64,000 nt of DNA from an uncultured Actinomycetota bacterium. GTDB lineage: Bacteria > Actinomycetota > Thermoleophilia > RBG-16-64-13. The notes under the pieces are model-generated. The model worked only from the letters and a program-made list of their open reading frames with translations, made no database searches and had not been told where the DNA came from. This document shows, piece after piece, positions 31,138 through 41,800 of this stretch; the first letter of the stretch is position 1; each line of letters starts with the position of its first letter. The stretch is taken from NCBI GenBank assembly GCA_963701105.1, contig OY969565.1, positions 1,014,998 to 1,078,997 on the forward strand. The letters run 5' to 3'. A program made the position numbers and the translations under genes.

Positions 31138-31974
31138 TTATTTTTTATCTCTCCATTCCTTCAGCATCTTCTTCATATTATCGAAATCAAAGGGTTGATT
31201 TTCCAACTTTGAACCATATTCTATTGCTTTCTCCATTGTGGCTATTGCTTCATCCTGCATGTTCATCTTTGCAAGATACTGTGCTTTAATTCTCTGGTTC
31301 CAGTAATTTTCATTTATCAGTTCAGAAGCCCTGATCCATCTGAAACCTTCCTCCAGGTTTACGTTATTCTGAAGACAATAAGTTGAAGCAGAATTTAGAT
31401 CTGCCCAGCTATTTAAATTCCTAGCACTTTCAAGAACAAGATTTTGTGTCTCAACTTCTACGTGAAATGAAATTTTTAGTTTCTCCCAAATCAGGTTTAC
31501 ATTTGCACTGTTCTCATCCATATCAGTAATTGTAAACGCCATTCTTTCTGTAAAAGGATTCTCTTCAGGTTTTACTTTAATTCTCAGAGCATCTTTAGAA
31601 TCATCATAGGTCATCGGATCATCAACTTTAGTATCTTTACTGAAAATAATTTCCCATTCTTCTTTACCGGGAATTGTGTGGATGCCGTAAGTTCCTGCAG
31701 CAAGTTCATTTCCATTTACTTTTACAGTTGTGCTGAATGTTATTGAAGTAACCTCATTAGCACCGGTTCTCCATATTTCACCATAAGGAACAAGTTCACC
31801 CCAGATTGTTCGTCCTTTAACACCCGGACTGCTATAATCAATAGTAATTTTTGTAATCCCTACTACCTGGCTTACCGTGGCATCCGGACTTGGCCTTGGA
31901 GTGCTGAAATTCTGTGCACTACTAATCTCAGCAAAAAGAAACATTACAATTATCGTTAAGAAATAATTACGCAT
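31138..31974 (-). CDS. DUF2911 domain protein
   Basis: 278 aa with a signal peptide. GRTIWGELVPYGEIWRTGANEVTSITF...LAAGTYGIHTIP matches the DUF2911 signature. The C-terminal region is helical. Confidence 0.7.
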   Translation of the reverse strand: MRNYFLTIIVMFLFAEISSAQNFSTPRPSPDATVSQVVGITKITIDYSSPGVKGRTIWGELVPYGEIWRTGANEVTSITFSTTVKVNGNELAAGTYGIHTIPGKEEWEIIFSKDTKVDDPMTYDDSKDALRIKVKPEENPFTERMAFTITDMDENSANVNLIWEKLKISFHVEVETQNLVLESARNLNSWADLNSASTYCLQNNVNLEEGFRWIRASELINENYWNQRIKAQYLAKMNMQDEAIATMEKAIEYGSKLENQPFDFDNMKKMLKEWRDKK

Positions 31975-32147
31975 AAAACTCCTACAGATTTATTATGATT
32001 ATTAAATATTTTTTTGTGGAAAAGTTCAGATGATGGAATTAAGATAATTATTGTTTATCTCTAATCCAATTTATTAATAGAGTGGAATGCTGAATCTTAG
32101 GGAAAATATTTATTAATTTCTGGATAAAATCATTCTCATTGTTCCGG

Positions 32148-33986
32148 TTATTGTGTGAACTCTGCTATTTGCTGAATAAAAGTCAGATCTTCAGGTACGG
32201 CATTGTCTATCCTTAATTGAATAAGTCCTGTACCGGCAGGACCTCCGTAATTTTTAATCCACGCAGTTGCTTCCCCAATTTCATTCAAAGCTAATACTGT
32301 TGTTACTTCTTTGGGATCTACTCCACCGAATCCTGTCCACCATTGGTTGAGTCCGAGCTTTTTTCCATCAGTCGTTGGAAAGCTGCAGTATAATCCGCGC
32401 AGTGCATCGGTTACAGTCCCTTTATAGTGAACATCCAGAATTTTTGAAGCCACCGTATAATCGATTGAGACCAATTTATCTGTTTTAGGATCTCTTATAT
32501 AACCCAAAGGGTTTGTACCTAATACTAAAGCTTTTCCACCTGAGGATAAATATTTTCTGAACAAATTCCGGTTTGATGAATCTGGAACAACAGAGTATGG
32601 AATTTTATTGCTTGCAAATATTACCACACCTGGTTTTTTGTCGTTTATCCTTTTATTAAAATATGCAGCGAGTTCTTTGCTTTCCAGCAATTCATATCCT
32701 TGTGAAACAAAATAATTTTTTATTGTTACATCAATTCCATTTTTAAACCACTTGTACCCCGACGTATCTTCCCAGAAAACAGCCTTCAATAATTTATTGT
32801 TAATCGGTCCCCCGTTTCCGTTTAAAGCATATATATAGCCATCATCGCAGCCAAAGCATATCACATCATTAAACAGTACGGGGGATGAAAGTATCCATTT
32901 TCTAAATTTGAAGGACCAGTTTTCTTCCCCTGTTCTAAGGTCCAGCTGATAAAGTTTGCCAACACCATCACCGAAATAAAGGTGATTACCTGAAATTGCG
33001 GGAGAACCCCACACAAGTCCGCTGGTATTATACCGCCAGATTTCTTTTCCGGTATAAAGGTCAACAGCCTGAACAAAATGACCATCTGACGAACCGGTGT
33101 AAACTGTTCCGTTCGATATCGCCGGAGTCGAAATTACCCACGAAACTTCATGATCAAATGTCCACATCTCTCTCCCTGTTTCAGCATTCAGTGCATAGAG
33201 AAAACCATCCCTTCCGCCAAAGCAAACGATATCATCTTCAACTGCAGGTGATGAGATTACTGCAGACCTGTCAAATGATTCTTCACCCATATTGTTTTGA
33301 GTTGCTCCGCCTTTGGTATCATACTCCCAAACCAGGGATCCATTGTCTGAATTAAGTGAATAAAAATGACCGTTCACATCACCGAATAAAACTGAATTTT
33401 TATAAACTGCCGGGGAAGATCTCACTCTACTGCCTGCAAAATACTTCCAGATAAGTGAACCATCATTTTTATTTAACGCATAAAGGTTTCCGTCCCCGCT
33501 GCCAAAATAAATTTCATTTTCTGAAACTGCCGGCGATGATAACAAGTAATCGAATGCCCACTTATAGGGTAAATCAATTCCTGTTTTAAATTTCCAGTTT
33601 AATTTACCGCTGGATGCATTCACAGAATAAAGGTAATTATCCGAACTAAGGAAGAATACGTTTCCCTTATCATCAATTGCCGGTGAGGAATTTACAGGTC
33701 CGCCAGTGTTAAATTTCCAGGTCAGTTCACCAGTTTCAGAATTCAACGCGTATAAATTATTATCCGTACTTCCGATAAAAACTTCACCATTACAATATAG
33801 CGGAGTTGATCTTACTGCACCGTCAGTTCTGAACGACCATGCAAATTCCTTCGGGCTGCCTATATATTCTGATTCATAAACCCCAGTGTGCGTAACATTT
33901 CCTCTGAACATATAGTGGGCTGCTGACTGAGGAGAACTTAAAGATGACATAAACACTGCGATTAGAACGGCAGATAATTTTTTCAT
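32148..33986 (-). CDS. PQQ-like beta-propeller repeat protein with extra C-terminal domain
   Basis: 612 aa with a signal peptide. It has more than 8 repeats of the G-x-LYALN...G-x-x-W pattern (BamB/PQQ-like), then an unrelated region of about 220 aa. Confidence 0.75.
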   Translation of the reverse strand: MKKLSAVLIAVFMSSLSSPQSAAHYMFRGNVTHTGVYESEYIGSPKEFAWSFRTDGAVRSTPLYCNGEVFIGSTDNNLYALNSETGELTWKFNTGGPVNSSPAIDDKGNVFFLSSDNYLYSVNASSGKLNWKFKTGIDLPYKWAFDYLLSSPAVSENEIYFGSGDGNLYALNKNDGSLIWKYFAGSRVRSSPAVYKNSVLFGDVNGHFYSLNSDNGSLVWEYDTKGGATQNNMGEESFDRSAVISSPAVEDDIVCFGGRDGFLYALNAETGREMWTFDHEVSWVISTPAISNGTVYTGSSDGHFVQAVDLYTGKEIWRYNTSGLVWGSPAISGNHLYFGDGVGKLYQLDLRTGEENWSFKFRKWILSSPVLFNDVICFGCDDGYIYALNGNGGPINNKLLKAVFWEDTSGYKWFKNGIDVTIKNYFVSQGYELLESKELAAYFNKRINDKKPGVVIFASNKIPYSVVPDSSNRNLFRKYLSSGGKALVLGTNPLGYIRDPKTDKLVSIDYTVASKILDVHYKGTVTDALRGLYCSFPTTDGKKLGLNQWWTGFGGVDPKEVTTVLALNEIGEATAWIKNYGGPAGTGLIQLRIDNAVPEDLTFIQQIAEFTQ

Positions 33987-34287
33987 TTTTGAATTACCTT
34001 GATTTATTTCCCGATTAAAATATTTTTTTACCGGAAATATTAAAAGTAAGTGATCATTGATTTCGACCGTTCATAAATTTCATTGCTTTATTTAATTATT
34101 GATAGATATGACTTAAGTTTTACTGTAAACATTTGAATTCATAGTAAATGCCTTTCAAAATTTTAAGACTCAAAAATTGTTGTCAGAATTAATGTAATCG
34201 GTAAAAATTGAAATGACATTTTCCCGGGTGAATAGGATTATTTTAACAGGATATTTTATTATCTAAATAAAAAGCCAGGCTGAAGAG

Positions 34288-34632
34288 ATGAAGATATTAT
34301 TACTTACCTTTTTATTTTCCTCTGCTGTTATATTTGCACAAAATCCTGATCCTGCATTCAATCCTATGACTGCCCCGGGAGCAATAGGCATTGACCGGGA
34401 TCAGCAGCATACTCTTTTCTGGGTTAATCCTTTGGGTGTTCAATATAATGAATGCTATTTTAGTTGTAACTCATTGTTGGTCGCCAACCTGGACACTGCA
34501 GTAAGAATTCAGAATGGTTATCCTGCAAATGTAAATAGTGAAGTTTCACTAAATTCTTTAGTACAGAATACGCAATATTACCGGCGAATAGTAGAATATA
34601 ATTCATCAGGCAATTGCCTTTCACTCTTATGA
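34288..34632 (+). CDS. Hypothetical secreted protein
   Basis: 114 aa with a signal peptide (LLLTFLFSSAVIFAQ). No family recognised. Confidence 0.45.
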   Translation: MKILLLTFLFSSAVIFAQNPDPAFNPMTAPGAIGIDRDQQHTLFWVNPLGVQYNECYFSCNSLLVANLDTAVRIQNGYPANVNSEVSLNSLVQNTQYYRRIVEYNSSGNCLSLL

Positions 34633-34697
34633 TACCTATTTATCAATTATTATTTTATGTTAATACCGGGAAATAATTTTACAGGATAATTTAAATT

Positions 34698-35186
34698 ATG
34701 GGACAAATGGAATTTTTTACGATCGGCGTCTATGGTTCCACTGCAGATTCATTCTTCAAGAAACTTACCGAAAATAATATTGATACCTTCTGCGATATCC
34801 GCCAGCGTCGCGGAGTAAGAGGATCTGAATATTCATTTGTAAACAGTAAACGCTTGCAGGATAGATTAGCAGAGCTTAAAATAAAATATATTCACATAAC
34901 AGAACTTGCCACACCTGATGCAATAAAGAAAATTCAATATGAAGCTGACAAAAAACAAAATACCGGGCAGAGAAAACGTGAGATACTATCTCGGGAATTT
35001 ATAGATGCATATACCAAAGAAATAGTAAGTAAATTCGACTTCAACGAATTTATTAGTCAGTTAAAATCAACAGGTTGTGCGCGAATAGTTTTGTTTTGCG
35101 TTGAAAAGAACCCTCTCGCCTGTCATCGGTCTATTGTTGCTGAACACCTGCATAAATTTTACAGTTTTTCAATTAAAGATTTATAA
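34698..35186 (+). CDS. DUF488 family protein
   Basis: 162 aa. FFTIGVYGSTADSFFKKL...DIRQRRGVRG...LFCVEKNPLACHRSIVAEHL is typical of DUF488. Confidence 0.75.
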   Translation: MGQMEFFTIGVYGSTADSFFKKLTENNIDTFCDIRQRRGVRGSEYSFVNSKRLQDRLAELKIKYIHITELATPDAIKKIQYEADKKQNTGQRKREILSREFIDAYTKEIVSKFDFNEFISQLKSTGCARIVLFCVEKNPLACHRSIVAEHLHKFYSFSIKDL

Positions 35187-35249
35187 AAGAAGCTGTTCTT
35201 TTATTTAAATCCCTTTATAAAATTCGATTAATAACTACCGGACGAAAAT

Positions 35250-35447
35250 ATGAAAGAAAAAACAGATACACTCATAGAATTAATTCGTGAGGAATGTGTA
35301 AAAGAGTTTATCCGTGCTTATGAGGAAGCAGGAATAAAAGGATTATGCGAAGACGGACGGATTGAATACGCTGTTGATTCTGTACGGTCTCTCGACTTAA
35401 AAAAGATAATCAAGGACATTCATCCTGATATCTTTGATGTCGATTAA
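35250..35447 (+). CDS. Hypothetical small protein
   Basis: 65 aa, acidic and helical, with no recognisable domain. Confidence 0.35.
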   Translation: MKEKTDTLIELIREECVKEFIRAYEEAGIKGLCEDGRIEYAVDSVRSLDLKKIIKDIHPDIFDVD

Positions 35448-35497
35448 CTAAAGAAAGATAAACCTGGTTATTTTAATAATATTTAATTGGTGACCAA

Positions 35498-35764
35498 ATG
35501 CAAAACACGTGTGGACATATTAAAAATATAAAAACCGAACCTGAGCCAAATACCCCTGAAGGCTGTGAGGAATGTTTAAAATCAGGTGACGATTGGGTTC
35601 ATTTAAGATTATGCCTTATCTGTGGACATGTTGGATGCTGTAATAATTCTAAAAACAAACACGCAACCAGGCATTTCCATGAAACAAATCATGGTGTCAT
35701 AAAATCTTTTGAACCGGGTGAAAACTGGAAGTGGTGTTATATAGATAAATTATTTATCGACTGA
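35498..35764 (+). CDS. UBP-type zinc-finger domain protein
   Basis: 88 aa. CEECLKSGDDWVHLRLCLICGHVGCC...KHATRHFHETNHGV is the zf-UBP Cys/His pattern. Confidence 0.75.
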   Translation: MQNTCGHIKNIKTEPEPNTPEGCEECLKSGDDWVHLRLCLICGHVGCCNNSKNKHATRHFHETNHGVIKSFEPGENWKWCYIDKLFID

Positions 35765-36336
35765 GATGAAAAAGGTGACAGATTTAATTTGGCCTGAACT
35801 GCTCATGGAAAATTGAATAGAAACCGATGACCTTCTGTATTTGTCTTCTCAAATAATTTTACCTAACCCGCCCGATTATACACGTTAAAACTGTGTGTTT
35901 CTCCAATTTTTACAAGATAGTTGCGTCTAACACATAATAAAATCCTTAAATACTCCATTATTCAGATGGTATAGTTTATGCTTATCTTTAGCCGAATACT
36001 TTTTCGAATTTATAAGTTTGTGGGGAGATGTTTAAATCGGATTCAACTGTTTATTCTTTAACCAAAAAGAATTTACTTAGCTGTTATTTTTCTTATCTAT
36101 TTAAAAAGATATCCTCACCGGACTATCCTATCCCTTATTTAATACAAAAATCTTCCGGGACATTAATGTTCAACCATCACTGATCAATAACTTTTTCAAA
36201 TCGTTTTATGCTGAAAATATGTGGATTGGACGGCGTGTTGTTCTCACAGCGAGAAAGAATTTATTCACTTTAAATTTAATTGAACGAATATTTCATAAAA
36301 ACTAATGATCCATTCACTTTAAAAAGAAAAAATAAG

Positions 36337-37425
36337 ATGAAAAAGAAAAACATTTTTTTTATTTACCCTGTAATTATACTTGGTATTTTACTGTTTACAT
36401 TAAACAGTTGTAACAAAAATGATACTAATACAAATCCTGCAGATATAAACCCTGAACCGGGCCCGGGCTGGTCTGTTTTAGGAAATCTTGATATCCCCAA
36501 TGTTTATGCTATTTATATAGATAAGAATGAAAATCTTTTTGCCGCAGGCGCTTTTACCAACAGCAACGGAAACCGCTACATAGCAAAATGGGATGGCTCC
36601 AACTGGAGTGAAGTAGGAACATTAAATATTAACGGGAATGTCTTCACAATTTGCGGTGATCCTAACGGGAATCTTTATATCGGGGGAGCATTCACTAATA
36701 ACAGCGGAAATACATACGTTCTCAAATGGAACGGAAGCAGCTGGATCGATATAGGCAGCGCACCTTCAAGTGGTTATATACAATCACTCGTGTCGGATGC
36801 AGGCGGCAGTATATATATGGCCGCACTCGGACTAAATTTTGACGGGACTATCTCCGGTAATGCGAGTGTCGTTACGTGGAATGGAATTGGTTGGACAAGA
36901 ATGGGCAGTTTCCTGAATACTTACATCAACACTTTATATATAGATGCATCTGGTAATATTTATGCAGGCGGCGGCGGTCTCTCAACTGCACCGAACGGAG
37001 GATATATGGCAAAGTGGAACGGCAGTGACTGGGATCAGATGGGTGACTTAAATAATTTTGAACAAGTTTATACAGTTTGCACAGACGCTAATGGAAATTT
37101 ATACGCAGGAGGCGGGTTTGATTTTCAAAGTGGATTTGTAGTTAAATGGAATGGCAGCAGCTGGAATGATATGGGTCTGAATGCAAATGATAAAGTTAAA
37201 TCTCTCTGCAGTGATGACACCGGTAACTTATATGCCGGAGGCAGCTTCTATAATAACAAAAACAAATTTTACGTTGCCAAATGGGACGGAAGCAGCTGGA
37301 GTGATCTTGGATTAGATGCATATTCCGGTATAAACAGTCTGGTATATTCTGGTGGTAAATTATATGCTGCAGGGTTTTTAGAGTTTATTTTAAATAACGG
37401 CCATTACGTAGCCGTATATAAATAA
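36337..37425 (+). CDS. Lipoprotein with six W-(N/D)-G-S-x-W repeats (predicted beta-propeller)
   Basis: Start preferred at ATG 36337 (MKKKNIFFIYPVIILGILLFTLNSC lipobox). Six units of about 45-50 aa each contain G-N-(L/I)-Y-(A/I)-G-G-x-F and (A/L/V)-(K/T)-W-(N/D)-G-S-x-W-x-x-(M/L/I/V)-G. Confidence 0.65.
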   Translation: MKKKNIFFIYPVIILGILLFTLNSCNKNDTNTNPADINPEPGPGWSVLGNLDIPNVYAIYIDKNENLFAAGAFTNSNGNRYIAKWDGSNWSEVGTLNINGNVFTICGDPNGNLYIGGAFTNNSGNTYVLKWNGSSWIDIGSAPSSGYIQSLVSDAGGSIYMAALGLNFDGTISGNASVVTWNGIGWTRMGSFLNTYINTLYIDASGNIYAGGGGLSTAPNGGYMAKWNGSDWDQMGDLNNFEQVYTVCTDANGNLYAGGGFDFQSGFVVKWNGSSWNDMGLNANDKVKSLCSDDTGNLYAGGSFYNNKNKFYVAKWDGSSWSDLGLDAYSGINSLVYSGGKLYAAGFLEFILNNGHYVAVYK

Positions 37426-37603
37426 AGCTTTAATAAATGTGAGGCAGGATTTTATTTCCGGAAATCTCATACCGGGATAATTTTAGGAATGTATTAATTT
37501 ATTCAACTTTTCCTCAATTAACTCCGCCGGTTAATGGAAGTTAAATTCTGACTTCTATACGCCCGGGTTATTGCTGGTAATAATTTGCAGATATTAATAT
37601 TAA

Positions 37604-38511
37604 TTATTTTGTTTTAATAAAAGTTCCATCCTGTAATTCTTCAAATGCTTTTCTTAGTTCCGCCTGCGTATTCATCACAATCGGTCCGTACCAGGCTACA
37701 GGTTCCTTTAATGGTTTACCGGAAATTAAAAGGAAACGGATTCCTTCTTCTCCTGCCTGAACTGAAACTTCATCTCCATTATCGAATAAAATCAGCGACC
37801 GGTTATCTGCTTCTACCGGGGGATTTGTATCAAGCCACCCGACACTTTCTGTCGGTACACTTAAAGGACCGGAGGCATTACAGAATTTTCCTGATCCTGC
37901 AAAGACATATGCAAAAGCATTATTCCTCGTATCAATCTTTAGTGATTTTCGTTTACGCGCAGGAACAGAAACATCTATATAAACAGGGTTAGCCGCAATC
38001 CCATCAACAGGGCCTTTCTTCCCCCAGAAATCTCCGCAAATAAGCCTTACATGTGTTCCGTCATCATCTGTCACTTCGGGTATATCCTTGGAATCTATTC
38101 CCTGGTAACGTGGGGCTGTCATCTTTAAGTGCTGACGGAAGATTTGCCCAGAGCTGAAATCCGTGCATCCTCCCTTTCGGATCTCCTTTTGGCATTTCCT
38201 GGTGAATAATTCCGCTTCCTGCTGTCATCCACTGAATATCGCCCAGATGATATAACTCCTTTATTTCCCATGCTGTCGCCATGTTCAACACTCCCGGCAA
38301 GAACATAGGTAATAGTTTCAATACCGCGGTGGGGGTGCCAGGGAAATCCTGCCAGGTAGTCTTCCGGATTTTCATTACGGAAATCATCGAGGAGAAGGAA
38401 CGGATCAACTTCAGACGGATCTCCAAAACCAATTGCCCTGCGAAGATTAACACCGGCACCTTCAACAGTAGGCTGGGCTTTTAATATTTTTTTTACCGGT
38501 CGGATAGACAT
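37604..38511 (-). pseudogene. Pirin family protein, split into three ORFs by two +1 frame shifts
   Basis: Frame a (38125-38511) is good up to HPHRGIETITYVLAGSVEHGDSMGNKGVI. Frame b carries GDIQWMTAGSGIIHQEMP...GFQLWANLPSALK. Frame c (37604-38122) carries MTAPRYQGI... through to the C-terminus. The breaks lie at about 38242-38244 (CCC) and about 38124-38126 (TTT). Confidence 0.8.
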
Positions 38512-38684
38512 AAATACCTCCTGCTATTATCAATAAATTAAATCAATTTTCAATTCAGTTTTTTGATCTGTGATTACTATTACCATTATTTAAATCTGTA
38601 CTTAGATTATTCCTGAAATAAATAATTATAACTGATCCGAAGACGGCAAATGATTTAGTAGTCTGGTTGATTCAAATATAAGAA

Positions 38685-41318
38685 TTAACCTGCCTGGCTG
38701 AAATACCGGTGAAATATTTTATTATTTTTAATAAAATTTCTGTAGAAAAATACTTTCACTACATCATTAAAAACAAACCAGGCTAATGCATAACCGGTTA
38801 CAATCAGTCCCCATTTCCATCCGACAGCCGGTACAAAAATTCCATACACCCCAACGAGTAAACCAAACAATGCCGTAGTCAATGATGCAAGTAAAAGTGA
38901 TTTTGAAGGAAACGGTTTTTTAAAAAACCAGTCGTTTGTTCTTGTATTAAAAATTGTTGCATGCCCAGCAATTATCAGCTTGGTAAAAATAGCTGATTGA
39001 ATTAATGACTGAGATAAACCGGAATAAGTTTCGAGCAGAAAAAATATTAAGAATGAGGAAATTACACCCGCAACTCCTAACATAGTAGAAAGACCAAATA
39101 ATTCCCTGTTGTTCCACTTAACCGGGAAAGGATCAATTTTAGTGTTATCATATGCTATTGTTATTATAGGAATATCATTTAACAATGCCAGTATAATAAT
39201 CATAATAGGGGTAACAGGGTAAAAATTAAAAATTAATATCGAGAGAGTCATAAAAAATATAACCCTGATTGTTTCAGCAATCCTGTATACAGCATAACTG
39301 TTCATTCTTTCAAAAATTACGCGTGCCTGTTTAATAGCATCGATAATTACTGAAATTCCGGGAGCCATTAAGACAAGATCCGCTGCTGCTCTGGCAGCAT
39401 CCGTTGCACCTGCAACTGCTATCCCCGCGTCTGCTTTTTTTAAAGCCGGGGCATCGTTTACTCCGTCCCCCGTCATTCCGACAATATGATTTCCTTTCTG
39501 CAGCTGCTCCACAATTGTATATTTATCTTCAGGAAAAACCTGTGCGAACCCTCCTGCACCTTCAATAATTTTTATCAACTCCGAATCATGCTTTTTGCTC
39601 TTTTCTTTTCCGGGATTTTCATTTTGAACGGTATTTTCAAAATCTTTGCTAACTTCTTTTGCAAGCTCTTTAATTTTGCTTTCAGGTAATTCAGGATTTA
39701 TCTGCTGATGAATTGTTCTTGCAAGTATTTCAGTTAGTTTAATAAATTCTGCATTGCTTCCGTTTTTTAATTCATCAGCTTCAAGTACATTTGGGTTTAA
39801 ACCCAGCTGGGTTGAAATCTGTTTTGCAATTGCTACATTATCACCAGTAACCATTTTTACGTTTAACCCAAGTTTATTAGCTTCCGCAATTGTTTCTTTT
39901 GCATCATCACGAGGCGGATCGTACAGGGGTATAATGCCGACGAATGTATAATTATCATTTTCATCCATCATTACCGCAGTCCCAAGAGTTCTGTAGCCTT
40001 TATCTGCAAATTCATTAACAGTTTTAGAGATGATTTTACTATCACTGTTTTTTGATGCCAGTTTTAATATAACTTGCGGTGCACCCTTTGTAATTGTTAT
40101 CTTCTTACCGTCCCTGACCACAATTGCTTCTGTTCTTTTATTAACCGGATCAAACGGAGTAAACTTTTCGATTTTATAATTCTCTAATTCTTTATAAATG
40201 TCGTTCTTTTTTAAATAATCGAAGATGGGCAATTCGATGGGATCATTATTTTCTTCTTTTGATGCCAACGCGGCATATATCATTAAATCATTGATTTGAA
40301 ATTCCGGATAAGTAACCGGATCAGCAACCGTCATCTGGTTCTTAGTAAGCGTTCCTGTTTTATCAGAACATAGTATATCAATACCTGCAAGTTCTTCTAT
40401 GGATGCGAGCCGGCTGACAATTGCCTGCTTCTTTGAAAGATTTATTGCACCAACAGCCATTGTAACAGTTAAAACAGCGGGCAATGCAACCGGGATTGCA
40501 GCTACGGTAAGAACAAGAGTAAATCTTAAAATGTTAATCATATCTTCGTGCCGGTACAAAGCAGTTAAAATTATCAACACCACCATGGCAAGGGTTGTGA
40601 AAATAAGATAATTGCCGACTTTGATTACCATCTTCTGGAAATGACTCTTCTGTTCTTTCTCAGCCTTTACAACAAGGGATACCGTTTTTCCGAAATAAGT
40701 ATTTAATCCGGTCAGCGTAACTACAGAAAGCATTTCCCCCTGTTTAGCTACTGAGTTTGCATAAGCAATATCGTTGCTGTGTTTTGTTACAGGCAGAGAT
40801 TCACCAGTTAAAGCTGATTGATCAATTTGTATATACTCACCCTCGATCAATTTTAAATCAGCAGGAAGAATTTCACCTATTTTAATTTTTATAATATCAC
40901 CCGGGACAAGTTCCTTTGCATCAACTGATTTAAATGTTCCGTTCCTGAGAACAGTAGCCTTCTTAGCAAGTTTCTGCTTTAAAACACTTAATGCGCTGAG
41001 GGCTTTACTCTCCTGCCAGAGATCGATAATTGCATTAACAAAAAGAAGAGTGGTAATAATTCCGAAGTCTTCCCACTTCTGAACTGCCGCAGATAAGATG
41101 GCGGCGATTTCAATCATCCAGGGAATTGGCCCCCAGAATCTTCTTAGTACTCTGTGTAAAAATGTTTCTTCCTTTTCAGGAATTTCATTCAGTCCGTATT
41201 TTTTTATTCTTTCAATTACTTCAGAATCGCTTAACCCTTTTTCTTTATTCGTCTTTAATTCTTTTAATACTTCATCGATATTTTTTGATTGGAAATTGTC
41301 CTGAATAGTATTATTCAT
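38685..41318 (-). CDS. P-type ATPase, plasma-membrane H+-ATPase-like (P3A) subfamily
   Basis: 877 aa with DKTGTLT, TGES and GDGVNDAPALKKAD motifs. The N-terminal WGPIPWMIEIAAILSA...IDQSALTGESLPV closely follows the P3A proton-pump pattern. Confidence 0.8.
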   Translation of the reverse strand: MNNTIQDNFQSKNIDEVLKELKTNKEKGLSDSEVIERIKKYGLNEIPEKEETFLHRVLRRFWGPIPWMIEIAAILSAAVQKWEDFGIITTLLFVNAIIDLWQESKALSALSVLKQKLAKKATVLRNGTFKSVDAKELVPGDIIKIKIGEILPADLKLIEGEYIQIDQSALTGESLPVTKHSNDIAYANSVAKQGEMLSVVTLTGLNTYFGKTVSLVVKAEKEQKSHFQKMVIKVGNYLIFTTLAMVVLIILTALYRHEDMINILRFTLVLTVAAIPVALPAVLTVTMAVGAINLSKKQAIVSRLASIEELAGIDILCSDKTGTLTKNQMTVADPVTYPEFQINDLMIYAALASKEENNDPIELPIFDYLKKNDIYKELENYKIEKFTPFDPVNKRTEAIVVRDGKKITITKGAPQVILKLASKNSDSKIISKTVNEFADKGYRTLGTAVMMDENDNYTFVGIIPLYDPPRDDAKETIAEANKLGLNVKMVTGDNVAIAKQISTQLGLNPNVLEADELKNGSNAEFIKLTEILARTIHQQINPELPESKIKELAKEVSKDFENTVQNENPGKEKSKKHDSELIKIIEGAGGFAQVFPEDKYTIVEQLQKGNHIVGMTGDGVNDAPALKKADAGIAVAGATDAARAAADLVLMAPGISVIIDAIKQARVIFERMNSYAVYRIAETIRVIFFMTLSILIFNFYPVTPIMIIILALLNDIPIITIAYDNTKIDPFPVKWNNRELFGLSTMLGVAGVISSFLIFFLLETYSGLSQSLIQSAIFTKLIIAGHATIFNTRTNDWFFKKPFPSKSLLLASLTTALFGLLVGVYGIFVPAVGWKWGLIVTGYALAWFVFNDVVKVFFYRNFIKNNKIFHRYFSQAG

Positions 41319-41747
41319 TTAAGTTAAGCCTCCCTCTTAAAATTATTATCTCATATATTTTTCAAATACTATCACAAAGATCTGGTTATACCGGTTATTA
41401 ATTAATTAATAATTCCGGTTCACCAAATGTGATTTATTTATGATCATAAAATTATATGCAAATCAAATTGAGCAATGTGTTAATGATCAATAGAAATGGA
41501 AGGCGGGTTCACAGTTTTTAATATCCACCGCATTGAGGATATTCCTTATCAGAACTACAGGGAATTATTGCAAACCACCCTTCAAACTGTATTAATGGTT
41601 AAAGTTTGTTGATTTTAATAGTATTGAATAAATCAACAGTAGTTTTATCAATTATGAAAACTAAAAAGCTTTTGTCCTCTAGGAACAGGGAAACACCCAG
41701 GCTAATTCATTAAATAAATAGAAATTATAAAATAAAAATAATGGCAT

Positions 41748-41773
41748 ACTATATGAGTAGTTACTCATATAGT
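41748..41773. promoter_or_regulatory. Perfect 12-2-12 palindrome, putative ArsR/SmtB operator
   Basis: ACTATATGAGTA-gt-TACTCATATAGT, 28 nt upstream of the arsR-family start. An extra copy of TTACTCATAT lies at 41777-41786. Confidence 0.6.
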
Positions 41774-41800
41774 CAATTACTCATATGATTGGAGTTAAAG

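Noticed and set aside
41319-41788. Mg2+ (M-box) or other riboswitch upstream of the P-type ATPase
   Set aside because: I could not identify conserved riboswitch core sequences by eye, and the ATPase looks like an H+ pump rather than MgtA. A covariance-model scan is needed.
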